A stretch of DNA of 64,000 bases from Minisyncoccota bacterium (GCA_017991895.1 JAGOPR010000001.1:13089-77088); one strand, 5' to 3'; counted from the stretch's first letter, positions 37,987 to 48,472 are shown. Translations and numbers: made by a program. The notes: generated by a model not told the origin, from the sequence alone.

Positions 37987-38120
37987 ACAAGCTAGGTTTT
38001 AGGTGCTAGGTTTTAGGTGCTAGCTTGAAATACAAACCCAAACACGGTAAACTTTAGTCGCCTCTTATTGTATTACTATACGCTGTTAGCTACAAGCTGA
38101 CAGCAATATCCTATTAACCT

Positions 38121-38234
38121 ATGTCTATATTTTCACACAAACACAAGAAGAAGGTACGAATCGTCTGGGGTATACTTTCTGTAATCATGATTGTACTCAT
38201 GGTGGTTATGTACATGCCGATTCTTTTTAGCTAG
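38121..38234 (+). CDS. Putative 37-aa membrane peptide (MSIFSHKHKKKVRIVWGILSVIMIVLMVVMYMPILFS), not in the ORF track
   Basis: Read by hand; preceded by the AGCTACAAGCTGACAGC motif shared with the 55856 gene leader; followed by the terminator at 38255-38290. Confidence 0.3.
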   Translation: MSIFSHKHKKKVRIVWGILSVIMIVLMVVMYMPILFS

Positions 38235-38254
38235 AAAGAACACTCTAAAAATAT

Positions 38255-38290
38255 CAAAAAAGCCTGAATTACTCAGGCTTTTTTGATATT
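38255..38290. terminator. Bidirectional hairpin terminator (also ends lepA)
   Basis: aagcctga attac tcaggctt with flanking A/T runs. Confidence 0.7.
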
Positions 38291-38310
38291 TGCTATTTGA
38301 AGTTTTAAAT

Positions 38311-40134
38311 TTAGTTATCATTCCCACCTCGCATCATTTTGAGGAATACTTCATGAGGAATGTTTACTTTTGCGTACTCGCGCTGGCGAGCCTTACCCTT
38401 CTTTTGTTTTTCGAGCACCTTTTTCTTACGACTTACGTCGCCACCTCCCACCATCTTACTGCCGAACATAAGCACATCTTTGCGAAAAGCTTTGATTGTT
38501 TTTGATGACAAGATTTTTCCGAGCGCGACGCCCTGCACTTTCATTTCATATTGCTGTCGTGGTAATACTGATTGCAATTTCTCAGTAGAAAAATCGGCTT
38601 CCTCCTGTGCGCGACGACGAGCAATAACCCGAGTAAATGCAGGTACAACTTCGTCAGCGAGAACAATATCCATTCGAGTTACTGAAGCTGGACGAAGTCC
38701 AGCGATAGTATAAGTAATAGAAGCATAGCCACTTGTTATACTTTTAAGCTCATCAAAAAATCCACGCATCATTTCTCGAAGTGGCATCACGACAGTAACA
38801 GCTGAGCGTCCTTCTCCGAAGGTTTCCGTCTCTCCCACTTCTGCTTCATGCTCATACAAAAATGGCATAAGAATACCGATGTACCGCTCGGGTGTGATAA
38901 TCCGAACGTTTGCCCACGGTTCTTCAACAGAAATTATCTCACTGTCGTTTGGAAATAGATGTGGCGAATAGATGGTCTCTACTTTTCCGTTTCTCTTCGT
39001 CACCATGTATGTAATCGAAGGAGTTGTGACCACAAGTTCCAAATTGTACTCACGACGCAATCGCTCGGTAATAATTTCTAGGTGAAGCATTCCAAGAAAT
39101 CCAGCACGAAAACCACGACCGAGTGCACCGCTTGATTCCTCTTCGAAAGTAAAGGCTGAGTCAGAAAGTTTTAGTCGTGAAAGCGCCGTACGAAGTGTCG
39201 GAAAATCGTCCTGACTTTCTGGATATATTGATGCCCACACGACTGGTCGAGGATTGTCATAGCCAGCAAGTGCCGGTAGTGGATTTTTTTCTGTAGTAAT
39301 CGTATCTCCGACAGAAGCGATACCTGGTTGCTTAACTCCGGTCACGATATAGCCAATCTCTCCTGCGCCGATACTATCGCGAGCCTCTTCTCCGGGCGCG
39401 AAAATTCCCACCTCGAGTGCGATAAATTTTTCTTTGGCGATTGAAAAAAGCAATCTATCATTTCTTTTTACAGAACCCTGAAATATACGAACGTAAACGA
39501 TAACCCCTCGGTGGTCGTCGTATTTAAAATCAAAAACTAGTGCCTTGAGCCCGCCTGTTGATGGCAGGTCCTCTTCTAGTGTGGGTGACGGAACGCGCTC
39601 AATCACGGCCTTAAGAAGCTCGGGTACACCTTCACCTGTTCGCCCTGAAACGGCAAGAACCGTATCTGGATCTATGTCTAGCAATGCACCAATTTCCAGT
39701 TTTACTTCATCGACACGAGCAAGTGGCGAATCAATTTTTGAAACGACAGGCACAATAACAAGCCCTTCTGCCCGTGCAGCCTCAAGGGTTGTTAGAGTTT
39801 GTGCTTGGACACCCTGAGTCGAGTCTACGAGCAAAATTGAGCCTTCTACGGCCTTTAGTGCACGCGATACCTCGTATGAAAAGTCGATGTGCCCAGGGGT
39901 GTCGATGAGATTCAGTTGGTAGTTTTCGTTACCGAGCTTATGTTCCATACGCACAGGTTGCATCTTGATTGTAATGCCACGCTCACGTTCAAGTTCCATG
40001 TTATCAAGGACCTGATCACGCATTTTTCGTGCTTCAATTGTTCCAGTTACCTCAAGCATTCTATCGGCAAGCGTAGACTTGCCGTGATCGATGTGCGCGA
40101 TAATACTAAAGTTTCGAATGTGTTTTAAATCCAT
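38311..40134 (-). CDS. lepA: Elongation factor 4
   Basis: N-terminal NFSIIAHIDHGKSTLADR and full LepA length. Confidence 0.97.
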   Translation of the reverse strand: MDLKHIRNFSIIAHIDHGKSTLADRMLEVTGTIEARKMRDQVLDNMELERERGITIKMQPVRMEHKLGNENYQLNLIDTPGHIDFSYEVSRALKAVEGSILLVDSTQGVQAQTLTTLEAARAEGLVIVPVVSKIDSPLARVDEVKLEIGALLDIDPDTVLAVSGRTGEGVPELLKAVIERVPSPTLEEDLPSTGGLKALVFDFKYDDHRGVIVYVRIFQGSVKRNDRLLFSIAKEKFIALEVGIFAPGEEARDSIGAGEIGYIVTGVKQPGIASVGDTITTEKNPLPALAGYDNPRPVVWASIYPESQDDFPTLRTALSRLKLSDSAFTFEEESSGALGRGFRAGFLGMLHLEIITERLRREYNLELVVTTPSITYMVTKRNGKVETIYSPHLFPNDSEIISVEEPWANVRIITPERYIGILMPFLYEHEAEVGETETFGEGRSAVTVVMPLREMMRGFFDELKSITSGYASITYTIAGLRPASVTRMDIVLADEVVPAFTRVIARRRAQEEADFSTEKLQSVLPRQQYEMKVQGVALGKILSSKTIKAFRKDVLMFGSKMVGGGDVSRKKKVLEKQKKGKARQREYAKVNIPHEVFLKMMRGGNDN

Positions 40135-40181
40135 ATTACGAATGCCACTCTACCATATGCTCTAAAAATTATGTACCTGTC

Positions 40182-41858
40182 TTATTCTTGACCGTCAACA
40201 ACTTTAAGTTTAACCTTCCAGAATTTCTGTCGGAGTACATTTACCAAATCGAGAAATTGCTCATTGCCCATAAAGTAAAGAATTATAATTCCAGCAAAAA
40301 TTCCGCCAATTCCAGCAAACAAACCTTGAAGAAAAACTCCGAGTGTCGTAGATATTGTGACGTAGTTTGTAAAAATATTTAATAGAAAATATGAAACCAA
40401 TCCTATCCCAAACGAAGCTGCGATGCTCTCAATAAACGCTCTTCTAAGTCCGTGTGAAGCAGTGAGATAATTCGCTCTTAGGTGTCTCCAGTGGAGCCAC
40501 GCATTTAAAATTACTCCGATTGAATAAGCAAATGGAAGCATGATGACTACCCCTCCCGACATATCATCTATACGAAGGAGAGATTCCATAAAATACCTGA
40601 AAGTCGGTACAGACTTGAAAAGATACACAAAAATAAATGCGAGTGCGATACTAAACAGTGAACAAAATGTATTTATTAGAAGTGGAGTTTTTGAATTGTG
40701 TGCGGAATAAAAACCTCTGACAATTACCAAAATCATATTTTGTGCAAATACCGATATAGAAAAAAGTGCGAGAGCGGCAGCGACAAGCTTAGTGTGTTCC
40801 CATGTAAAAACACCACTACCCAACACGACACGAACGATTTGCGCGCGTAGAACTATAAGGAGGGTTGAAAGTGGAAGCGACCAAAAAATAATCTGTCGAA
40901 TTGATGAAAGAATACAATCTGTCCATTTCGTCATGTCCCCTTTTGAAAAAGTTTCAGAAAGTATAGGAAACGATGCTACAGCAAATGAAACTCCTATAAT
41001 CATGATAGGTACAGTCTGTAAGTTGTACGATAGACTAAAAATTGAAATAGAACCAACGGTTAGTGTTGAACCAATTGCGATTAGGACCAAGACCAAAAGA
41101 CTGTTCATAGACAGCCCAAGCGTACGAGGAAGTGAAAGTTTTGCTACTTCAATAAGAGTTTTAAACTGAAGCCTTGGAAGAAATTTAGGAGTAAAACCAC
41201 CTGCAACGATAGTAGGAATTTGAACAAGTAAATGCAAAATTGCACCTAGCGCCACTCCTATACCCAAACCGTACACACCAAATTTTGGATAAAATAATAC
41301 TATTCCAAGAATGATACCTACATTGTAGAAAATCGGTGATAATGAAAAAATGAAAAACTTTCTAAGAAGCTGGGTTATGGTTCCAAGCATATTGGAAAAT
41401 CCCATAAAAATTGGAGATAGGAGCATTATCCGACTCGTTCCAACAAGCAACTTTAGCTGTTCTTCTGAGAATCCAGGAGCAATCTTTGTTGCGATAAATG
41501 GCATGAAGATAAATACGATAAGTGCTACAGCTACAAGTAGCAACAAAAATCCCGCGAGAACTTCACCTAGGAAAATTTTGGCTTTTTCTTTACCTTCTGC
41601 ATTTATCCGATCAACCAAAAATGGCATGAGCACCGTAATCGATGCGAGCGATGCAACTGAAATATACAAAAAATCTGGAATTCGAAATGCAGCATAATAG
41701 ACATCGAGCGTAGACGATGGTCCAATTAAATTTGCAAAAAGTCTGTCGCGTACAAGTCCTAGGAGTTGCGAGAGCAAAGAAAAGACGCCGAGAAGCAGTG
41801 CCGCCTCATGCATGCTTTCCCAGCGTCTGTTTACATTTTGCAGAAGACGACGAAACAT
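40182..41858 (-). CDS. murJ: Lipid II flippase MurJ/MviN
   Basis: Conserved N-terminus (LGLVRDRLFANLIG...DVYYAAFRIPDFLY) and 14-TM topology. Confidence 0.88.
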   Translation of the reverse strand: MFRRLLQNVNRRWESMHEAALLLGVFSLLSQLLGLVRDRLFANLIGPSSTLDVYYAAFRIPDFLYISVASLASITVLMPFLVDRINAEGKEKAKIFLGEVLAGFLLLLVAVALIVFIFMPFIATKIAPGFSEEQLKLLVGTSRIMLLSPIFMGFSNMLGTITQLLRKFFIFSLSPIFYNVGIILGIVLFYPKFGVYGLGIGVALGAILHLLVQIPTIVAGGFTPKFLPRLQFKTLIEVAKLSLPRTLGLSMNSLLVLVLIAIGSTLTVGSISIFSLSYNLQTVPIMIIGVSFAVASFPILSETFSKGDMTKWTDCILSSIRQIIFWSLPLSTLLIVLRAQIVRVVLGSGVFTWEHTKLVAAALALFSISVFAQNMILVIVRGFYSAHNSKTPLLINTFCSLFSIALAFIFVYLFKSVPTFRYFMESLLRIDDMSGGVVIMLPFAYSIGVILNAWLHWRHLRANYLTASHGLRRAFIESIAASFGIGLVSYFLLNIFTNYVTISTTLGVFLQGLFAGIGGIFAGIIILYFMGNEQFLDLVNVLRQKFWKVKLKVVDGQE

Positions 41859-41866
41859 TACTGTCC

Positions 41867-44221
41867 TTACTGAGAAACAGGCTTAGCTGAAGTATCTGTC
41901 GGTATTGGAAGTTTTTTAGCCTTATCCTTTTTTGTTGTAGTAGTATCTGGTTCTACTGTGTCACTATTTTTAGAATCATTTGAACTTAGGCTACTTAGTG
42001 CATTCGAAACCTCAACACTGTCTGGGAATCTTGTGCTTAACGCTTCAAGAATTTTAGTCGCCTCTTCAATTTCTCCGATCTTCTTATCGGCAAGTGCAAG
42101 GAAGTACCATGCATTCATGTATTGCGAGTTCAAATTAACAGCAGACCTAAGGGCAGAAACCGAATCACTGTACCTGCCATTTTGGTAATACAATAGTCCA
42201 AGTTCAAAATATGCATCTGGATTGTTCGGATCAACAAGTGTTGCATCTTGCAGGCGCTTTATAGCAGCACTCGTATTCCCTGTCGCAGTTTCAATTTGAG
42301 AAAGTAGGAAATATGCACCAGTATAATTTGCTTTCGCGGTTAGGGCCTTTTCTACATAAATACGAGCGTTTTTATAATCATTCGCATTGTAGTAAAGTTC
42401 GGCAATATTTAGATATGTTTTTGGATAATTTGGTGCTATCTCTATTGCTTTATTGTATGCATCGAGTGAGGATTGGAATACACCTTCGATTTTAAGTGGA
42501 GCAAGCATTCTAAACAAATCACCAAAAACTATGTAGTTTACTGGATCAGATGGATCTAGGCTTACTGCTTGTCTTGCAGCGCTTGTACCAACACTGACAG
42601 CAGATTGAAGAAGTGCCTTTGCTACGTCTTCAGAAATAGACTTCTCTGGAATCGCTAAGGTTTTCTGAATAGACTTTTCTGCAACGACTACTCGTGCACG
42701 CTGGAAAAGTGGCAAGTCTGCAAGCCCGATTGCTTGTGCTAAGCGTCTATCTGCCTTCTCGTAGTCTCCAACAGATGCACTTCTAAGCGCTTTTTGATAG
42801 AAGACAATTGAAGCAAATCTTTCCGTGACAAGATATGCAGTTCCAGCTGAGATCATAAGAAATCCTACAATCAACAGGATAGAGAAAAAGCTTGAACGCT
42901 GATCCCTGAGAAACATCACCGTACGTTCTGCGATCAATTTTTGTTCAACAAGAAATCCGAAAAATACTCCGACAAATGCGAGTGCCATGATCGTGACTGA
43001 AATTCCAGGAGAATACAAAACCAAGGCGAGCATGAAATACAGTGCAAGTATAAACAAGCTGAACATTAGACCAATATTTCGTTCAGGATTATTTTCTGTA
43101 TTAAATACCTTACGTACGCTCTCATAAAAAAATGACAGTACGAAAAATATCATCGCAAGAATTCCTACGATTCCACCTAGGAAACCAACGGTCATAAAGA
43201 GACTCGAACCTGAACTAAAAGGAATGTCCCAAAGTGTGTGCAAATTTACCCCAACTGGTCGGTAACGTAGCCATTCACCAAGGAATCTGTTTGGGCCGGC
43301 TCCAAATATTGGATTTTCCGAAAGCGACAAGCCGGAAACATGGATAGACGCCGATAGTGATGGGTGAACATCTACAAAAGAAGCATTGAGAGCGTTTGCT
43401 AAAGTACCGCCTACAAGATTGTTTGCAAGAATGAAGAACAGTGCGATAAGTGAAAGTATGAAAGCAACAAATGAAAAGTGTCTTTCTTCACTTTGGCGAT
43501 TAACGATTAACACATAAATCAAAATGAATACAGATGAAATCCCTACAAGTACCCAAACGGTCATAATGTTTGTGAGGGCTACAAAAAAGAGAGCAATAAG
43601 CGCGCCGATATATGACAAGACCTTTAGCATGCGTCCCTGATTCATAAATTGAATCATAAGGACAAATCCAATTAACGCCGCTCCAGAAATAAATCCAAAG
43701 TCACTCCATACACCGACTGGTGTGTCTACGACTGAATTAAATATATTGAAAGAAGTAACTGAAGGGAAAATTAAGTGAACAATCTGATACAGAGCCAAAA
43801 CACCATAAGTCAAAACGAGCATCTGAAGAAACTTAGACACTCTCTTCTTTGTATTAAATAGCATTGAGATAAGCGCGAGCCCAAGAAGCATCGAGCCAAA
43901 AACAGCAAATGTTCCTTGCTCGAAATTTTCGCCCAAGAGCGAAAGATACATAGTGTGAGAGAAAAGCCCAGAAAGGAAAAGCGCCAAAATGAAGAGTATC
44001 GTTCCTAAAAACATCGGCGTCCATGGAATACGGAAAGACCCCTCGAACAAACGTCCAAGAAGCCACGAGACAAACGCTACCAAAACCGAAACGATCAGGA
44101 AATACCCCTTTAGTACATTGCCGGACATAAATCCACCTGGAATGAAGGCCACGATTCCGAGAAAAACGGAAAGCGATAAGGCAACGACACTAACTCGGTC
44201 ACAGATCTCAAATTTTTTCAT
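41867..44221 (-). CDS. O-antigen ligase-like (Wzy_C) polytopic membrane protein fused to C-terminal TPR repeats
   Basis: N-terminal region of ~12 TM helices; C-terminal third is TPR-rich. Confidence 0.65.
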   Translation of the reverse strand: MKKFEICDRVSVVALSLSVFLGIVAFIPGGFMSGNVLKGYFLIVSVLVAFVSWLLGRLFEGSFRIPWTPMFLGTILFILALFLSGLFSHTMYLSLLGENFEQGTFAVFGSMLLGLALISMLFNTKKRVSKFLQMLVLTYGVLALYQIVHLIFPSVTSFNIFNSVVDTPVGVWSDFGFISGAALIGFVLMIQFMNQGRMLKVLSYIGALIALFFVALTNIMTVWVLVGISSVFILIYVLIVNRQSEERHFSFVAFILSLIALFFILANNLVGGTLANALNASFVDVHPSLSASIHVSGLSLSENPIFGAGPNRFLGEWLRYRPVGVNLHTLWDIPFSSGSSLFMTVGFLGGIVGILAMIFFVLSFFYESVRKVFNTENNPERNIGLMFSLFILALYFMLALVLYSPGISVTIMALAFVGVFFGFLVEQKLIAERTVMFLRDQRSSFFSILLIVGFLMISAGTAYLVTERFASIVFYQKALRSASVGDYEKADRRLAQAIGLADLPLFQRARVVVAEKSIQKTLAIPEKSISEDVAKALLQSAVSVGTSAARQAVSLDPSDPVNYIVFGDLFRMLAPLKIEGVFQSSLDAYNKAIEIAPNYPKTYLNIAELYYNANDYKNARIYVEKALTAKANYTGAYFLLSQIETATGNTSAAIKRLQDATLVDPNNPDAYFELGLLYYQNGRYSDSVSALRSAVNLNSQYMNAWYFLALADKKIGEIEEATKILEALSTRFPDSVEVSNALSSLSSNDSKNSDTVEPDTTTTKKDKAKKLPIPTDTSAKPVSQ

Positions 44222-44315
44222 AGGCTTTGATAGGTTAATCTACTAGTGTGATAATACTATTATATTTTTTTATTGTAGCACATCTTACCCTCATCAAACA
44301 CGCACATTTTGCCCC

Positions 44316-46691
44316 CTAAACAACAATGTTTAGGATCCTTCCTTGGACGTAAATTATCTTCTTCGGTACTTGCCCCGCAAGAGCTTTTTGAACACGATCA
44401 TCAAGCAAAGCGATCTTTTTCACCGCTTCCTCACTTTCATTGCGAGCCACTGTGATGTCACTCCTTATCTTGCCATTTACTTGAATCATTATCTTTACTG
44501 TATCAGAAACAAGTTTTGTCTCATCATATTTGGGCCATGGCGATATATGTACTGAATTCTTTTCACCAAACTCATGCCAAATTTCTTCAGCAACATGCGG
44601 AGCAAATGGTGCAAGTATTTGTATAAACTTTTTAAAGTCTTCAATAAGCACAACTTCCGATTTTTCCAACTCATTCAAACACATCATCATTCCTGATACT
44701 GCTGTATTAAATCCCATGGATTCAATATCCTCCCCAACTTTTTTAATCGTCTGATTTAGAATTATTTCGTACGTATTTTCTTTGCTATTTTCTTTTTGCC
44801 CGCCCGAACGTACCGATTCGGTACGGGCAGGCTCTTTTATTTTGCTTGCAAGCTTCCACACTCTCTCAATAAAGCGACGTGGTCCAATAATTCCATCGGA
44901 ATTCCAAACTACAGCTTGCTCAAAAGGACCCATAAACATCTGGTACATTCGAAGCGTATCCGCACCGTATGTTTTTACGATATCGTCGGGGTTTACTACA
45001 TTACCAAGCGACTTACTCATTTTTATTCCCCCTTCTGCAAGAATAAGCCCGTGACTCGTGCGTTTTGCATAGGGCTCGTGCGTCGGTACAAGCTTCATAT
45101 CATATAGAAATTTGTGCCAGAATCGTGAGTACAGCAAGTGGAGGGTCGTGTGCTCCATTCCGCCGTTGTACCAATCTACCGGAGTCCAATATTTCAATTT
45201 TTTAGCATCAGCAAAAGATTTTTTGTTTTTGGAGTCAGCGTAACGAAGATAATACCAAGAGCTTCCCGCCCAGTTTGGCATTGTATCTGTCTCGCGTTTT
45301 GCTGGACCTTTACAGGTGGGGCATTTCGTATTAACCCATTTAGTAATTATTGCGAGAGGGCTTTCTCCATTGTCTGTCGGAACATATGATTTAACTGGTG
45401 GAAGTACAACAGGAAGATCTTTCTCAGGTACAGCGACATAACCACATTTCTCACAATGGATAATCGGAATCGGCTCGCCCCAGTAACGCTGACGAGAAAA
45501 AACCCAGTCACGAAGTTTAAATTTAGTAACAATTTTACCGCCAAGTTTTTTAGTTATCTGTCCAGCATCTACTAAAGGTTTATCGATTATTGGGAGATTA
45601 TATTTTTCTGCAAATGCTCTATCGCGAGCGTCATGCTCAGGTACTGCCATAATTGCTCCGGTGCCGTAGTGAGGTAGCACATAATCTCCAACCCATACTG
45701 AGATAAGCTCATCGTTTGCGGGATTTATTGCCTTTATTCCCTCGAGTTCAACACCGGTTTTTTCTTTATCTTCAGCTGTTCTTGCTATGTCGTCTTTTTT
45801 CTTTGCTTCAACAATATACTTCTGAACTTCAGATTTATTTACAACAGTAGATAACAAGCTTTCAATAAGTGAATGCTCAGGAGCAAGTACAACATATGTT
45901 GCACCGAATATAGTATCTGCACGTGTCGTAAACACCGTAACAGATTCCTGAATGTTGTTTGAAGTTTGAAGTTTGAAGTTTATTTCACTTCCTTCACTTT
46001 TCCCTATCCAATTTCTCTGTTGAATTTTTACACGCTCTGGGTAGTCAACGTCATCCAAATCTTTATCAAGACGTTCGGCATATTTTGTAATCGCCATCAT
46101 CCACTGATCCTTTTCCTTTTTTTCTGTTGGTGTACCACAGCGCTCACAGGCGCCATCAACAACCTCTTCGTTTGCAAGACCAATCTTATCCTTTGGGCAC
46201 CAATTGATAGTCGTCTTCTTTTTGTATGCAAGCCCCTCTTTAAAAAATTGCAAAAAAATCCATTGTGTCCATTTATAGTACTCGGGATCTGTTGTGTTTA
46301 CTTCGCGAGACCAATCAAATGAAAGCCCTACAGCCTTGAGCTGTTTTCGAAACATATCAGTATTTTTCTTTGTAACAATCTTTGGCTGAACTCCAGTTTT
46401 AATTGCGTACTGTTCTGTAGGTAGCCCAAAAGCATCCCAGCCCATTGGATAAAGGACATTTTTCCCTTCCATTCTTCGTTTACGCGCAACAATATCTAAT
46501 GCCGTGTAGCTTCGAATGTGACCAGTGTGAAGACCGGCGCCAGAAGGAAACGGAAACTCTACAAGAATAAAGGATTTTTCTTGGTCGTTGTCTTTAGCGT
46601 TGTAGAGCTTTTTCTTTTCCCAGTCTTTCTGCCACTTTGATTCTATCTTCAAATGATCATATTCCTTCTGTTTTTTGGGCATTTTTTGCAT
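44316..46691 (-). CDS. leuS: Leucyl-tRNA synthetase
   Basis: HIGH motif (HTGH), KMSKS motif, CP1 editing domain. Confidence 0.97.
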   Translation of the reverse strand: MQKMPKKQKEYDHLKIESKWQKDWEKKKLYNAKDNDQEKSFILVEFPFPSGAGLHTGHIRSYTALDIVARKRRMEGKNVLYPMGWDAFGLPTEQYAIKTGVQPKIVTKKNTDMFRKQLKAVGLSFDWSREVNTTDPEYYKWTQWIFLQFFKEGLAYKKKTTINWCPKDKIGLANEEVVDGACERCGTPTEKKEKDQWMMAITKYAERLDKDLDDVDYPERVKIQQRNWIGKSEGSEINFKLQTSNNIQESVTVFTTRADTIFGATYVVLAPEHSLIESLLSTVVNKSEVQKYIVEAKKKDDIARTAEDKEKTGVELEGIKAINPANDELISVWVGDYVLPHYGTGAIMAVPEHDARDRAFAEKYNLPIIDKPLVDAGQITKKLGGKIVTKFKLRDWVFSRQRYWGEPIPIIHCEKCGYVAVPEKDLPVVLPPVKSYVPTDNGESPLAIITKWVNTKCPTCKGPAKRETDTMPNWAGSSWYYLRYADSKNKKSFADAKKLKYWTPVDWYNGGMEHTTLHLLYSRFWHKFLYDMKLVPTHEPYAKRTSHGLILAEGGIKMSKSLGNVVNPDDIVKTYGADTLRMYQMFMGPFEQAVVWNSDGIIGPRRFIERVWKLASKIKEPARTESVRSGGQKENSKENTYEIILNQTIKKVGEDIESMGFNTAVSGMMMCLNELEKSEVVLIEDFKKFIQILAPFAPHVAEEIWHEFGEKNSVHISPWPKYDETKLVSDTVKIMIQVNGKIRSDITVARNESEEAVKKIALLDDRVQKALAGQVPKKIIYVQGRILNIVV

Positions 46692-46726
46692 TTCTAATTC
46701 GCTATTTACTATTTTCTATTTAGTAT

Positions 46727-47758
46727 TTACTGCTTAAGTGGTTTTGGGTACGGAGGATATATGTCCTTATCAATTGTACGTGTAAAACATGTTCGTCCAG
46801 ATTGGTGATCCCACGATTCGTTTACTCCACCACTAGGATACGGATAAGACGAAACAGCAACGTCACCATTCATTACAGCAGGCATCGGCATAATATCACG
46901 CCCTCCTCCGTATTCTTGCCAACCTTTCGGCATAGGTTCTGCAAACGTACCACAAAGTTCGAATGACAATTTTCCAGTAGTTTTATATTCATAAACCATA
47001 CCCTTTTCAAACTCCGGATCAACTGGCAAGGAAAATCCGCTCATTGGGTTATTCATTTCAGTGAGAGTTTCAGGCAACTTCTCCTTTGTCTGCCAGAAAT
47101 TTATAACTTGGTATTGAATAGACTGCAAGTCTTGTACACGGCGTTCATCGAGACGAAGACTGCGTTGTTTAAATGGGCTCCCCATAACAACGAAACTCAT
47201 GACAAGCGCGAAAACAACAAGTAATGTGGCGACACTCGCCATGATAATTCTGTGACCCTTACACAATACTTTATCGACAAGCTCGTTGTAATAATAAAAT
47301 CCAGAAAGTCCCGCTGTTACGAATACGGCTAGAACTTTTAGAATAAAGCGAACCGTTATCTCACCAGAGACAAAATATCGCACAAGCGTGACAAGGTCGG
47401 TGATAATTACGATGCTCGCAAGAAAAAGTACCAAGTAAAGCATCCATTTTTTTATAACTGCATCAGTACTGCCGAGGCCATCGCTTACAATGCGTGTCCA
47501 AATTTTTGAAAGAATCAAAAATACAGGAAACACTATAATCAACGTCGCTAGTGCAGTACGCATAGATTCATAACTATATGTATTGTATCCGTATGTGTAA
47601 GTTCCATTTAATGCATCGGGAAAATTCTTCGCAAGGGTTTCAAATACAAGATTTAAAAAAGATGTAACTGTCGCGATGAGCGAGACTAGAACACCCAGTG
47701 ATATAAAGAAGAATTTGGGCGTCATTTTCTGTCCTGTTTGTGCGGGTGTGGTTTCCAT
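46727..47758 (-). CDS. Hypothetical polytopic membrane protein
   Basis: ORF with several TM helices. Confidence 0.4.
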   Translation of the reverse strand: METTPAQTGQKMTPKFFFISLGVLVSLIATVTSFLNLVFETLAKNFPDALNGTYTYGYNTYSYESMRTALATLIIVFPVFLILSKIWTRIVSDGLGSTDAVIKKWMLYLVLFLASIVIITDLVTLVRYFVSGEITVRFILKVLAVFVTAGLSGFYYYNELVDKVLCKGHRIIMASVATLLVVFALVMSFVVMGSPFKQRSLRLDERRVQDLQSIQYQVINFWQTKEKLPETLTEMNNPMSGFSLPVDPEFEKGMVYEYKTTGKLSFELCGTFAEPMPKGWQEYGGGRDIMPMPAVMNGDVAVSSYPYPSGGVNESWDHQSGRTCFTRTIDKDIYPPYPKPLKQ

Positions 47759-47888
47759 ATGTGTGTAAAGTAGGACTTACGCAATCGAGCGAGCAACACA
47801 GAAATGTGCCGGTTTCATAGGTCCTATAAAGTTAAATGTGAATAATAATGTTGGTTTCTATAATGCCTGTGTAGTATAATAGCACTAT

Positions 47889-48443
47889 ATGAGTCCCCGT
47901 AAAACTCCCCCTCCACGCCAAAAAGATGAGTCATTTCTTGACTACATGTCTTTTCGAGCTACACGATGGGTTGGTTCACCTGCGTCACTCGTTGTCCATA
48001 CAATACTTTTTATTTTATCCTTCCTGACATATTTCCTTGGTGCAGATATAAACAAAATATTGCTTGTTCTAACCACTATCATTTCCATGGAAGCAATATA
48101 TATTTCGATATTGATTCAACTCACAGTAAACCGTCATACAAAACAACTTCGTGAAGTTTCAAAAGACGTTGAGGACATTCAAGAAAACGTTGAAGACATT
48201 CAAGAAGACGTTGAAGAAATTCAAGAGGACATCGATGAAATCGCTGAGGACGTCGAAGACATTCAAGAAGACGTTGAAGAAATTCAAGAGGATGAAGAAA
48301 TTGAGGAAAAAGCTGAAGATGCAAAAGAAAAAGAAGTACTTGAACGTATCGAGCATTCACTAAAAGAGCTCGGACATGAAATCGCCGAAATGAAGCGTCG
48401 CGGACATACTCCGCCAAACAACCGCAGCATTTTAGGAGAGTAA
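47889..48443 (+). CDS. DUF1003-like membrane protein with an acidic tandem-repeat linker
   Basis: N-terminal RWVGSP...two-TM region; then eight repeats of (V/I)E(D/E)IQE(D/N) encoded by 21-nt DNA repeats. Confidence 0.5.
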   Translation: MSPRKTPPPRQKDESFLDYMSFRATRWVGSPASLVVHTILFILSFLTYFLGADINKILLVLTTIISMEAIYISILIQLTVNRHTKQLREVSKDVEDIQENVEDIQEDVEEIQEDIDEIAEDVEDIQEDVEEIQEDEEIEEKAEDAKEKEVLERIEHSLKELGHEIAEMKRRGHTPPNNRSILGE

Positions 48444-48472
48444 AAAAATCGAGGACATCAGTCCTCGATTTT

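Noticed and set aside
37990-38030. Possible CRISPR or tandem array (gctaggttttaggt x2)
   Set aside because: Only two direct copies of a 14-nt unit, no spacers, no cas genes. Treated as a leader-region micro-repeat.
38133-38327. ORF-track CDS 38133..38327 (-) and many other 60-120-aa ORFs antisense to large genes
   Set aside because: They overlap well-supported genes (lepA terminator region, dnaK, leuS, helicase, etc.) on the opposite strand and have low-complexity translations. Judged spurious.
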